DNA of 64,000 nt, from the IMG/VR virus record IMGVR_UViG_3300021378_000010, positions 1-64,000 of that record. One strand, given 5' to 3'. This DNA comes from a virus. Positions within the stretch are counted from its first letter, which is position 1, and every line of letters starts with the position of its first letter. Below are positions 48,779 to 57,596 of the stretch, one piece after another. The notes beneath the pieces are model-generated. The model did no database searches. It worked only from the letters and a program-made list of their open reading frames with translations, and was not told the origin of the DNA. The translations under genes were made by a program, and so were the position numbers.

Positions 48779-49731
48779 TATCGGTAGCTGCACTCGATCA
48801 TAATTTCAGTAAGAAAAGCTACAAGATTGATTTCAGGATCTGCAACAAAGTTTGCCTTATACATGTAATCAGCGAGAGTAACTACAAATCCTGGCATGCT
48901 TTTCATTTCAACGCGATCGATTGCTGCATCATAAATTGCACGAAACATTTCATTCGTGTCTTGATCGCTATTTCCAGCAACCCATTTGCGCATTTCAGTA
49001 AAGTTTTTTGCCTTAAGCAATTCAAAAACGTGATCGATGCTTTCCTGTTTCAGATTTACGAAAATGCCTTCATCGATCTTACCAGAAGCAGCATAGGATT
49101 GAAGTTCTGTAAGCACACGCCGAAAGTCAGGAAAGTGTCGCTCAATTACCTTCGCAACAACCTTTTGATCAAAGTCAACTTCTTCTTGCTTGAGAATAGC
49201 AACGATGCGCTTGAAGAATTGAGCTGCAAGTTTTGGCTTGTCATTATTCTCAATCGAAAAGTCAACCTCAGAAAGTCGAGAACGAAGCGGTTCAATCAGC
49301 CGGTTTTTGTAGTTGCACGTAAAAATAAAGCCACAGTTTTTAGAATATTCTTCGATAAAGTTACGAAGAGCTGGTTGAACATTTGCCGCATTCAAGTAAT
49401 CTGCTTCATCAAAGATTACATATTTGCGGCCACCAGAAAACGAAACTGCAGAAGCAAAACTTGAGATTTCGTATCGAAGTGTATCGATGCCAACATTCAA
49501 CGAACCGTTTTTGATAATATAATCGCAACCGAGTTCTTCAAGCATAGCTTTTGCAATAGTAGTTTTACCCACGCCAGGGCCGCCAGTAAGAAGCAAGTTT
49601 GGAACACTGCCGTCCGAAACGTATTTCTTAAAGGTATCTTTTGTACGCTGAGGAAGAATAGCGTCCTCGATTACTCGAGGACGATACTTTTCTACCCACA
49701 ATACTTCGTCATTTTTGCAGTCAATAGTCAT
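48778..49731 (-). CDS. Clamp loader large subunit gp44 (AAA+)
   Basis: LWVEKYRP, GPGVGKTT, DEAD, Q-x-ALR-x-FIEE, PL-x-SR and PDFRR. Confidence 0.96.
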   Translation of the reverse strand: MTIDCKNDEVLWVEKYRPRVIEDAILPQRTKDTFKKYVSDGSVPNLLLTGGPGVGKTTIAKAMLEELGCDYIIKNGSLNVGIDTLRYEISSFASAVSFSGGRKYVIFDEADYLNAANVQPALRNFIEEYSKNCGFIFTCNYKNRLIEPLRSRLSEVDFSIENNDKPKLAAQFFKRIVAILKQEEVDFDQKVVAKVIERHFPDFRRVLTELQSYAASGKIDEGIFVNLKQESIDHVFELLKAKNFTEMRKWVAGNSDQDTNEMFRAIYDAAIDRVEMKSMPGFVVTLADYMYKANFVADPEINLVAFLTEIMIECSYR

Positions 49732-49758
49732 TTAAGACTCCATAATATAATTTGAGAT

Positions 49759-49977
49759 TTACTCGGTAGGTGCTGGTTCGGTTACTTCTTCTTTTGGTGG
49801 AAGATTTGCTTTTACAAAGGTTTCAATTTTATTTCGCAGTTGGCCAATAGTAACCAATTCGTTACCTTCAAATGCACCGCGTTTAGTGCATGCATCAATA
49901 ATTTGAACTACTAATGCAAGGTCAGAAAGATTGATATTACTTTGGTTTGCTGCGTCTTGATTGGTTTCTTCGGTCAT
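49759..49977 (-). CDS. Conserved small hypothetical protein
   Basis: DL-x-x-x-x-QIID-x-x-x-x-RGAF-x-G-x-EL-x-x-IG-x-LR pattern; lies between gp45 and gp44. Confidence 0.65.
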   Translation of the reverse strand: MTEETNQDAANQSNINLSDLALVVQIIDACTKRGAFEGNELVTIGQLRNKIETFVKANLPPKEEVTEPAPTE

Positions 49978-50643
49978 TTATTCGCCTTTCTGATATGTGG
50001 ATTTAGTATCGATGCCTACAAAGTAAGTGACGTCGTCGCTTTTAAACTCGGAAATACCTTTAGCACAGAGAGTCACGTGGTAGTCACCGGGAAGAAGTTT
50101 TAGATTATCTGTTTTGATAATGATGGTAAATTTGTCGTTCGTTTCACCAATCTCTACACCAAATGTATCAGCAGTTGGATTGGCGCTATCTACCGCACGA
50201 AGGAAGCACTTTCCATCTTCGCCAACGAAAGCAATTTCGCTAAACTGAAGAACACCAGCAGCCTTGAGAACCGACTGCATGTCTTCCCAGGATACATCGA
50301 TTTCAACGTCGTTTGAAGGGATTTTGATTTCTTTATTGGGCGGTGTATGAATCATAGATACATCTGCAAAAACATATTTGGTCTTACGGCGACCTTCAGA
50401 AATTGTAAAGAACTTATCATGAAATTCGACGTCAGGGTTTTGATAAAGACCTACGATCGAAAGGAAACGCGAAAGATCATAAATGCAAGCATCAGATGGA
50501 ATTTCATCTGGAATATTAGCAATTGCAACAAGAGTCTTTTCAGGCGTAATTGTTTTGAGTACATTGCCTTCTGACATCAAAATAGATTTATTGATTGAAG
50601 AGAAGCTTTTGAGGATGGTAAGAGTACGATCAGAAAATTTCAT
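49978..50643 (-). CDS. Sliding clamp gp45
   Basis: MKFS-x-x-T-x-x-ILK-x-F-x-x-IN-x-SI...A-x-I...IYDL-x-x-FL...NLKLLPGDY-x-V. Synteny 45-44-62-regA. Confidence 0.93.
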   Translation of the reverse strand: MKFSDRTLTILKSFSSINKSILMSEGNVLKTITPEKTLVAIANIPDEIPSDACIYDLSRFLSIVGLYQNPDVEFHDKFFTISEGRRKTKYVFADVSMIHTPPNKEIKIPSNDVEIDVSWEDMQSVLKAAGVLQFSEIAFVGEDGKCFLRAVDSANPTADTFGVEIGETNDKFTIIIKTDNLKLLPGDYHVTLCAKGISEFKSDDVTYFVGIDTKSTYQKGE

Positions 50644-50666
50644 AGTGTATAACACTCCTTTTGTGG

Positions 50667-51566
50667 TTATCGGTTTATTTTATTCCGCTTTCGCGATTTT
50701 GTCAACTGTTTTTTATCTCCATAACTGCTTTTGTTTGAAGATTTATCTGCCGTGGGTGTAACGCCAAGTGAAGCAATTGCTGCCATGTGACCCTTGAAAA
50801 TATAAGAACCTACGTGTTGCAGTTCCATCCACGGGCACATCCAAACTTTCATTCCAGCTTTTCGAACATTATAACAGAAGAAGTAATCTTCTGAAAGATA
50901 ACGTCTGGAGTCTGGATCAATTTGGCAATCAAAGTATGCCATAATATCACGCGAACCATCGAAGTTTTGAGTTCTTACATGATCTGGTTTATACTTATAT
51001 TCTGGATATGCTTGCTCATATTTTTTGAATGTTTCCCTTGGAATAAGCATGAAACCGGTACCAGCTTCTCCAACTTCAATTGGTTCATCGATACGGAAAG
51101 ACTTTACGTTATGCACAGGATTGAAAACAAAATCTGCAGCATAATAATCAAGAAAGAATGGATTTTCGTCAGCCTTTCCGAGTTCTACTGCTTTCTTGAT
51201 CTTTTCCCAAGCAATAGTTTTCTTTGGATATGGCGCAGTAACAACGTCAAATTTCTCTGGATCTGAAATTTGAATTCCAATCAGGGAAAGTACATCTTTT
51301 GCACGAAAACCAATATCAGCATCAATGAATAACAAGTGAGTACATTCTGATCGCAAAAACTCATCTACTACATAGTTACGAGCACGCTGAACAAGACTTT
51401 CATTGAATAGATAATAGAATTTTACTTCAATACCATATTTTGTGCATAGAATTGCCAGGTCTGTACAAGATTTAGCATATAAGCCATGTGCGTTTCCACC
51501 ATACATAGGCGTACCTACGAAAATAGAACATTTTCTTAGATCTTCGGTATTTACTTCAAGTTTCAT
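50667..51566 (-). CDS. GT-A fold glycosyltransferase-like protein
   Basis: TPMYGG, ESL-x-x-RARN, THLLFIDAD (DxD), GTGFMLI-x-R, YLSEDY-x-FC and H-x-G. Confidence 0.75.
   Translation of the reverse strand: MKLEVNTEDLRKCSIFVGTPMYGGNAHGLYAKSCTDLAILCTKYGIEVKFYYLFNESLVQRARNYVVDEFLRSECTHLLFIDADIGFRAKDVLSLIGIQISDPEKFDVVTAPYPKKTIAWEKIKKAVELGKADENPFFLDYYAADFVFNPVHNVKSFRIDEPIEVGEAGTGFMLIPRETFKKYEQAYPEYKYKPDHVRTQNFDGSRDIMAYFDCQIDPDSRRYLSEDYFFCYNVRKAGMKVWMCPWMELQHVGSYIFKGHMAAIASLGVTPTADKSSNKSSYGDKKQLTKSRKRNKINR
50677..50705 (-). promoter_or_regulatory. Sigma70-like promoter upstream of gp45
   Basis: TTGACA-N17-TAAAAT on the minus strand. Confidence 0.6.
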
Positions 51567-51593
51567 AATATCTCCTATAAGTAATTATTTTTG

Positions 51594-51803
51594 TCACTGA
51601 ATTTCTTGACTATTTTTAGTAATTACTTTTACTGTTTCAATGATAATTTCTTCTTGCGTTTCTTCAGCATAACCGACTCTTTTGACATCTACTAAAAAGT
51701 AATTCGCATATTGTACTGGAGGGTTTATTGTAAGCTCTGGATTGCTATCCATTTCAGAAACAAATTTTTCAAATTCTTTCGAACCGGCTTTAAATTCTCT
51801 CAT
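51594..51803 (-). CDS. Hypothetical protein
   Basis: 69-aa ORF with an RBS. Confidence 0.5.
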   Translation of the reverse strand: MREFKAGSKEFEKFVSEMDSNPELTINPPVQYANYFLVDVKRVGYAEETQEEIIIETVKVITKNSQEIQ

Positions 51804-51811
51804 AATATTTC

Positions 51812-52429
51812 CTATAAGTCGTTTTCAATACGAACAATTTTTTGCATTCTCAAGACATCAGCTAAAACATCCCAAGCGCTGTCGTGTTCAACAAATACCT
51901 TTGCCCAATGCGCTTCGTCATCTACTGGAATAAAGCCATTCTTTTTTGGAAAATCGAGTTTAGCATCGATGTAAGTTCGAATGTCTCGCACTTTCCAATG
52001 AGGAAAATATTGCTTGAACATTTCATTTTTTCCTTCAGCAGCAAAAATACGGTCAAGGATTACTGGATCAAACGTATTTGATCGAGACCACCAGTAATCA
52101 ATTTTTCCAAAATCGTTAAGATAAGAAACAAGTTGAGTGATGAATTCCTTTACTGTAAGATCGTCTTTTCTAGGAACAATATTTTTTCGTGCATCGCTTG
52201 GCAAAGACTGCCACCACTCTACAGTATCTTTATATACCACCCAGTCGTAATTGTCAACCTGATTTTTCACTGAAAGCTTAAATTTTTTCACGAGTGATAT
52301 ATCTTCAGCCGAATAAGGTTTGTTTGAAACAAACTTTTCAGTATCTACTACGATAAATGAAAAGTCAACTACTGCGCAATTTTGTGCAGGCTGTCCGAGA
52401 GTTTCGCAGTCAATAAAACAATGCTTCAT
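51812..52429 (-). CDS. DEDD 3'-5' exonuclease (DexA-like)
   Basis: IDCETLG, W-x-R-x-x-x-FD, RDIRT and H-D-x-x-x-D. Confidence 0.82.
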   Translation of the reverse strand: MKHCFIDCETLGQPAQNCAVVDFSFIVVDTEKFVSNKPYSAEDISLVKKFKLSVKNQVDNYDWVVYKDTVEWWQSLPSDARKNIVPRKDDLTVKEFITQLVSYLNDFGKIDYWWSRSNTFDPVILDRIFAAEGKNEMFKQYFPHWKVRDIRTYIDAKLDFPKKNGFIPVDDEAHWAKVFVEHDSAWDVLADVLRMQKIVRIENDL

Positions 52430-53652
52430 GTCATAAAATCCGTCAAATCTGTGTTACTTTCTTTTTCTCTGATTGCACCATTGAGATTGCTTTGAATCAT
52501 GTATGATGCACGTTCCATTGGTCGTTCTCCATTGATCGTAGCAAGTACTTCAGTCGCCATGTCTTTCGCAGTTTTGAATGGAACATTTTGACAAATATGG
52601 TTTATGTTCTTTCTTTCGTCAAGAAGTTCATAATCTTGAGGAAGACCCATAATCGTCATTGCTTCTCGAAAGTTGATATAGCGATCTTCGAGATGGTGTG
52701 TTACTACGAAAGGCATGTGTACTACAAACGCACCGATGTGATCTACTGGAATTAGCGTTCCGCGCATCATTACACCTTTACCACTTGTCAACTTTGCATG
52801 TCGACGATCGCACCGATCTGCTTCTCTATCAAGACCTTGCGATCTCATCCACTTACCGACTTGATCATAATTAATACCTTGTTCGAGCATCTCTCCTTCA
52901 ACATTATATGAAGGTCTTGTATGATCTTTTACAGAAGCAGCAAAGTCAACGTGACTCATACCACCTTTAATCTCAGTGAGATAAAAACGATAGTATGGAT
53001 CGTCTTGAGAAGGAATTTTTTTATTGATTGGCTCGACTTGAAAGTTACTCTTTACGCTTTCAAGCAGTTCACGGATAGTTGGATACTGCGTATTAAACCT
53101 GCTAAAAACTGGAACAGAATTATCAAAAGCGTCTCTACGCCAGAAGAAGTAAAATGTTCTACGACGGATCTGAGGAGAACCATGAAGAAGAGATTTAGTC
53201 ACATAAATTGTCATATTGTATCCAGCTGCATCACTAATCTGACGCAACTTGTCTCGCATAAATTTACCGACATTAGTAGCAAGTGCAGGTGCGTTTTCAC
53301 CCCAAAGAACTTTTGGACGAACGTTTTCTAAAACGTGCCGTGTAGTCTTTTCCATCCATTGGTTATTTTGATTGTGTTCTCCATAACTTTTATGATAAGA
53401 ACTAAGTCCTGCGCAAGGACATACTGAAGAAACTACGTCTACTGATTCTGTCGTAATTGGCGCATTCTCGCTATCAAGTACATGATAAGGAATGTCATAG
53501 CCGTCCTTTCTGTAATGGTTCAATAGATGCTGTTCGTTTGACGCGAATGCACCATAGCTCATAATATATTCTGGCTTTACGCCATACGCTTCATCTGAAG
53601 CAAGTAGTTCACCGCCAATAAGCGGCACAATTCCTGCATGTTTTATTGTCAT
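52426..53652 (-). CDS. DNA cytosine-C5 methyltransferase-fold protein with degenerate SAM-binding motif I
   Basis: Motif IV CPCAGLS, VI GENAP, VIII HGSPQIRRRTFY, IX REAMTIMGLP, X CQNVP. Motif I reads IVPLIGG instead of FxGxGG. Confidence 0.8.
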   Translation of the reverse strand: MTIKHAGIVPLIGGELLASDEAYGVKPEYIMSYGAFASNEQHLLNHYRKDGYDIPYHVLDSENAPITTESVDVVSSVCPCAGLSSYHKSYGEHNQNNQWMEKTTRHVLENVRPKVLWGENAPALATNVGKFMRDKLRQISDAAGYNMTIYVTKSLLHGSPQIRRRTFYFFWRRDAFDNSVPVFSRFNTQYPTIRELLESVKSNFQVEPINKKIPSQDDPYYRFYLTEIKGGMSHVDFAASVKDHTRPSYNVEGEMLEQGINYDQVGKWMRSQGLDREADRCDRRHAKLTSGKGVMMRGTLIPVDHIGAFVVHMPFVVTHHLEDRYINFREAMTIMGLPQDYELLDERKNINHICQNVPFKTAKDMATEVLATINGERPMERASYMIQSNLNGAIREKESNTDLTDFMT

Positions 53653-53666
53653 TTTTCATCCTTTAA

Positions 53667-54692
53667 TCAAGCGAAGAAATTTTCGATGCTCATAATTTGT
53701 TTTTCAACACCCGTCCAATGCGGGTAATGTTCTCTTGAAAGGTGTATGGATCTTGGTTTTTCCATATAGGCAAAATCAAGTTCATCACGATCATTGAGTA
53801 GATAATCTGTCCATCGGATTATGCTATATTTATATTCGATGTAATCATTGAAATGATCGCGAACTTTTTTTCGCTCTGACCACGATCCCCAGAAAGGTTT
53901 TCCATCATAATAACCAGTTTTAGGAACTACACGGCTCTCGTTTTCAATTGGAAGCAGTTCATAAATCTTTGCTCCAAGTTCACGAGCTTGTTCAATATAA
54001 CGATCTGCAAGAGCTTCGGCATTTTTGATCAAATCACCTTCAAGACGGCAGAGATGATGACGAACATCAATATTGCCAAAATAAAACTCAAGTTCTTCAA
54101 CAGCATCTATGTCAACAAAAGACTTAAGACCCTGGTTGAGTGCTCCATTCAAAGTCTTGAATACAGTAGAATTGAAAGACCAACCGGGTCTATACATACA
54201 GATCGCATGACTGTCACCAATCACAAGTTTTTTTGTAGGATTGACGTGATTTACTTTTACGGCTTCACGTTCCATCCTACCCCAGTTGTCAATGTCGAGC
54301 TCATGCCAAATAGGTTCAATGTAGATATTATTTTTCTTTGCGAGTTCAAATTTACGACGGAGTAGTCGTTCATACTCAGGAAAGTCGCAATTCAAACTAT
54401 AAATTGGACCTTTATACTTTGATACCTTTACGACATTTTCTGAATATGGACAGTTTTGAAAGCCACCAAAAATATTCATTGCCGCTGGCTTTGTTCTAGA
54501 AGTTCCGTTATCTGCATGGTACATATAAACAGCATCGTACTCGTTGAGATCTTTGATTCTTCCTTCAAAATCAACTTCAGCATCATGACCAAGTTCTTTC
54601 AGCTGATTGCAGTAAATAACTGCTGGTGATGTTCTGTGCGAGTATACTAAACTCGTGAGAGTATTAGTTGGTGAAACGACTGCAATTTTCAT
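53667..54692 (-). CDS. Beta-glucosyltransferase N-domain-like + SGNH hydrolase/acyltransferase fusion
   Basis: N-half MKIAVV...DLNEYD...NIFGG...KYKGPIYSLNCD resembles the T4 BGT N-domain as recalled. C-half has IGDSH (block I), FGNID (block III) and SIHLS (block V). Confidence 0.55.
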   Translation of the reverse strand: MKIAVVSPTNTLTSLVYSHRTSPAVIYCNQLKELGHDAEVDFEGRIKDLNEYDAVYMYHADNGTSRTKPAAMNIFGGFQNCPYSENVVKVSKYKGPIYSLNCDFPEYERLLRRKFELAKKNNIYIEPIWHELDIDNWGRMEREAVKVNHVNPTKKLVIGDSHAICMYRPGWSFNSTVFKTLNGALNQGLKSFVDIDAVEELEFYFGNIDVRHHLCRLEGDLIKNAEALADRYIEQARELGAKIYELLPIENESRVVPKTGYYDGKPFWGSWSERKKVRDHFNDYIEYKYSIIRWTDYLLNDRDELDFAYMEKPRSIHLSREHYPHWTGVEKQIMSIENFFA

Positions 54693-54704
54693 AATATAAA
54701 TCTC

Positions 54705-55796
54705 CTAGCAAAAAAAGCTGTCAACCGTAGTGCAGCTGAGTCTTGACTCAAGGTCAAGAGCAATTTTATCAAAAGCATCAAACGTAAGAGGCAAAATGCG
54801 TTTTTCTTGAAGCTTTGGTGTATCTTTGATACCAAGAAAACAGTTGAACTGGCAAAATGTAATTTCTGCGCCAAAGGTAGTCATATGGCCATTACGTTCA
54901 AGGTTTTCTGAGTAAAATTTTCTTGCAGTATCATCAGGAAACTCAAAAAAATCATATTGATGACTACGAACTGACATTACGATCTTTTCCATAATATCAT
55001 TTTTATTTAGCTTAACGTTTGGAAATACGAAAGCCATACCACGATGGGCGCCAGGACCGACCAGACAATAGTCATCATCTTCATCAATATTTGGAAGATC
55101 TTCGCACCGAGAAAAGTTACAAGGTGGATGGTAAGAAAAATAAGGTCCAATACCGCGATGAGTTTTTAGCCATTCGCAGACATCGCCAAGAGAGTTTTTA
55201 GGATCTTGTACGACATCGCTCATTCCTAGCTTATCAAGTTGATCCATCCAACGAATCATATGCGATAGTTTGAATTGAACTGTAGGATCATCTTCTTCTT
55301 CACGAACAAAGTTTCGAGCCGCGGTCTGAAGCGAAGTCTGAAGCTGAGTAGCACCCCAAACCTTAAGCTTGCGAATATTATCGTCTAGGTTTCTGTTTAC
55401 AGTTTGATAATAATCACCTTTGAGTCGATATTCATCGAAGTCAATAATCTTAGAATAATCTGCAGTATCTGAAGCTACAAGAGTAAGCGTAGGCATGCCA
55501 ACAAATTTTACCGCCATTGCATTTAGAATTTTGTTACGCATTGAGGTATCTTGACCAAAGACATGATTCTCTAGCCAAAATACCTCAGCGTGTTTAGAAC
55601 GGTTTGGATTCCAATACGAAACTTCTTGACGCATCGCAGATCCAAATTCAGGATCAATCTCATATTCTTCAATCCTGCCGGTTTCACGGAGAGTTTCACG
55701 CTTGAAGAAATCCAAGACCCATTTATTGAAATATTTGAATGCATCTGGATCAGCAATAGACTTGAGTTCGTCTACAGTAAAGATTTCTTTTTTCAT
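54705..55796 (-). CDS. aGPT-Pplase / amino-acid:DNA transferase-like base-modifying enzyme (HhH glycosylase fold)
   Basis: KRE...Y-x-N-x-x-R, HhH motif LKTHRGIGPYFSY, VGPGAHRGM, and E-x-x-x-CQF. Confidence 0.7.
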   Translation of the reverse strand: MKKEIFTVDELKSIADPDAFKYFNKWVLDFFKRETLRETGRIEEYEIDPEFGSAMRQEVSYWNPNRSKHAEVFWLENHVFGQDTSMRNKILNAMAVKFVGMPTLTLVASDTADYSKIIDFDEYRLKGDYYQTVNRNLDDNIRKLKVWGATQLQTSLQTAARNFVREEEDDPTVQFKLSHMIRWMDQLDKLGMSDVVQDPKNSLGDVCEWLKTHRGIGPYFSYHPPCNFSRCEDLPNIDEDDDYCLVGPGAHRGMAFVFPNVKLNKNDIMEKIVMSVRSHQYDFFEFPDDTARKFYSENLERNGHMTTFGAEITFCQFNCFLGIKDTPKLQEKRILPLTFDAFDKIALDLESRLSCTTVDSFFC

Positions 55797-55799
55797 ATT

Positions 55800-56183
55800 T
55801 TATTTCTCCGTTAAGTCATGTTGTAGCATGACTATATTTATGCTAGGCATAATCTTCCGAATTTCTTCTGCTTGAATAGGATCATCTTCAAAGTGAATAC
55901 CAAAACGATATCCCATTTCTTCAAGATAAAACAGTGTACGACCTTTATGCTGCCCAGATGATTTACGAGTTTTTTCGTCAAATTTCAGTGGGTTCATGTA
56001 TACTGTATTATAGATTCCACGATTTGTCAACATATTTTTTGTAACTTCGCCTTCATCATCACGAGAACGTCCAGTAATGATTACGTCGTCGGGCCCGGGA
56101 AAGACGCCCGTAAAGGCGTCTCCCATGTAAATAACTCCATCAATATCAAAAGAATTGATAACTTTGTTAGGAATATCATTCAT
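55800..56183 (-). CDS. HAD-superfamily phosphatase (cap-less)
   Basis: FDIDGV (DxD), ITGRS, K and FEDD motifs I-IV. Start ATG 56183 overlaps the MIPS stop by 8 nt. Confidence 0.8.
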   Translation of the reverse strand: MNDIPNKVINSFDIDGVIYMGDAFTGVFPGPDDVIITGRSRDDEGEVTKNMLTNRGIYNTVYMNPLKFDEKTRKSSGQHKGRTLFYLEEMGYRFGIHFEDDPIQAEEIRKIMPSINIVMLQHDLTEK

Positions 56184-57471
56184 AGTCTGTCTTCCCATCT
56201 TGGTATGTGTAAGGAAGATTTTTTGCAATTGGCTTTTCAGCAGCAAGCTGTGGTCGGGTCATTGAAGTAAGTTCACGGCGAGCAAGCGCATCGCATTCAA
56301 ACTTTGCATCAGATGAAGAAAGTTGTACAGGCGGCGTCTTCTGCGTATACGCGCTAGGCCCACGAAGAATTCCAACAATACCCATTTCAGAAGCTACTCG
56401 ACAGAAGCGAACGGCAGAAATAACTACACCACTCGAGTTTGGCGAGTCCTGGCAAGAAAGTCGAGCTTGAAGTGTATAACGAGCACCACCAAAGCCAAAC
56501 GCTACGATGTCAAGATCTGCAATTTTATTATCAGAACCAACATACGTTCCACCAGGCTTCTGAAGAACTGTCAACGAAGGACCTGCATAAAGTGTGTCAC
56601 CAGCATAGCTTACACCACGAACGGTATTTTGACCCTTGAGAACGTTTTCCTTTGAAATATGTTTATTATGAAGACGTTCTTTTTCAGCCATATTGATGAA
56701 GTCAGTATTTGAAGTAACACCAGAACGAATATGTTCTTTACCCTGAGTAGCACCACCGATGCGATTTGTTTGAGTATGATATGTTACATGCAGGCCGCCG
56801 TCAATCATCGCACCTTGTAGAACTTCAGACAAGCGGGATGCACCCCAAGCAGATCGCATATCAGAACCAACAAAAGTAAGACCAGCATCGATAAAGCGCT
56901 GCTCAATTTTCTGAGTTTCTTTAGTATCAATAATTGTTGGAATACAGTTTACGAAGTGTACTCCAGCTTTCAAAGCAACATCGATATAGAAACGAGTTGC
57001 TTTTTCAGAACCAACAGGAAGATAATTGACAAGGACTTCAACTCCGGTCTTTTTTACCAATTCAACAATATCATCAAATGATTTTGCAGCTTCAGCACCA
57101 GTTCTGAACGAAACTTCTTCAGGATAGTATTCCATCCATTCTGCAACACCATCGAGTGTCGGGCTAGAGTAAACCATTGCGCCCTTCGTAACTGCGCCTG
57201 GAGAATTACCACCAGTTTCAAGAATCTCCGCAACGTGATCCATAGCACAGTTTGGTGAAGCACGAAGAGCTTCTACAAGAGGCTTGTTAACCTTACGGCG
57301 ATCTACATCAAATCCAATGACGAACTCGACGTCACCCGAAACATATCCGCCAATTTCTGGATACATCAGGCCAACTTTATCATTCGGGTTTTCATTATAG
57401 TATTGCACACCCTCTACGATAGATTTAGCGCAGTTACCCACACCAATAATACCAATTTTGATCTTTTTCAT
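56176..57471 (-). CDS. ino1: myo-Inositol-1-phosphate synthase
   Basis: GVGNCAKS, FDVD-x-x-KV, LVNYLPVGSE, FVNCIP, GSDMRS-x-x-GA, NTDF-x-NM, K-x-ISK, DNK, DSPNS-x-GV and K-x-PP, as in the bacterial/archaeal MIPS family. Confidence 0.92.
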   Translation of the reverse strand: MKKIKIGIIGVGNCAKSIVEGVQYYNENPNDKVGLMYPEIGGYVSGDVEFVIGFDVDRRKVNKPLVEALRASPNCAMDHVAEILETGGNSPGAVTKGAMVYSSPTLDGVAEWMEYYPEEVSFRTGAEAAKSFDDIVELVKKTGVEVLVNYLPVGSEKATRFYIDVALKAGVHFVNCIPTIIDTKETQKIEQRFIDAGLTFVGSDMRSAWGASRLSEVLQGAMIDGGLHVTYHTQTNRIGGATQGKEHIRSGVTSNTDFINMAEKERLHNKHISKENVLKGQNTVRGVSYAGDTLYAGPSLTVLQKPGGTYVGSDNKIADLDIVAFGFGGARYTLQARLSCQDSPNSSGVVISAVRFCRVASEMGIVGILRGPSAYTQKTPPVQLSSSDAKFECDALARRELTSMTRPQLAAEKPIAKNLPYTYQDGKTDYE

Positions 57472-57589
57472 TTGATTTTCCTTTTCTGTTATATCAGTTT
57501 AACGACTATATTTGGCCGGAAGGTCCGGGGTAGGTCGAGTGCAATCCAGCACTAAGGTTACCATCAGTCTAGATGGTGTTGTATTTATA
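57472..57589 (-). promoter_or_regulatory. Late promoter and structured 5' leader of the MIPS operon
   Basis: TATAAATA at 57582-57589, followed by hairpins ACCATC/GATGGT, AGTGC/GCACT and CGAC..CCGG/CCGG..GTCG before the AAGGA RBS. Confidence 0.5.
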
Positions 57590-57596
57590 GCCGAAC

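Noticed and set aside
56176-57471. Host-derived contamination or chimeric assembly of MIPS
   Set aside because: Phage-like AT-rich composition, a T4-type late promoter upstream and an 8-nt overlap with the next gene.
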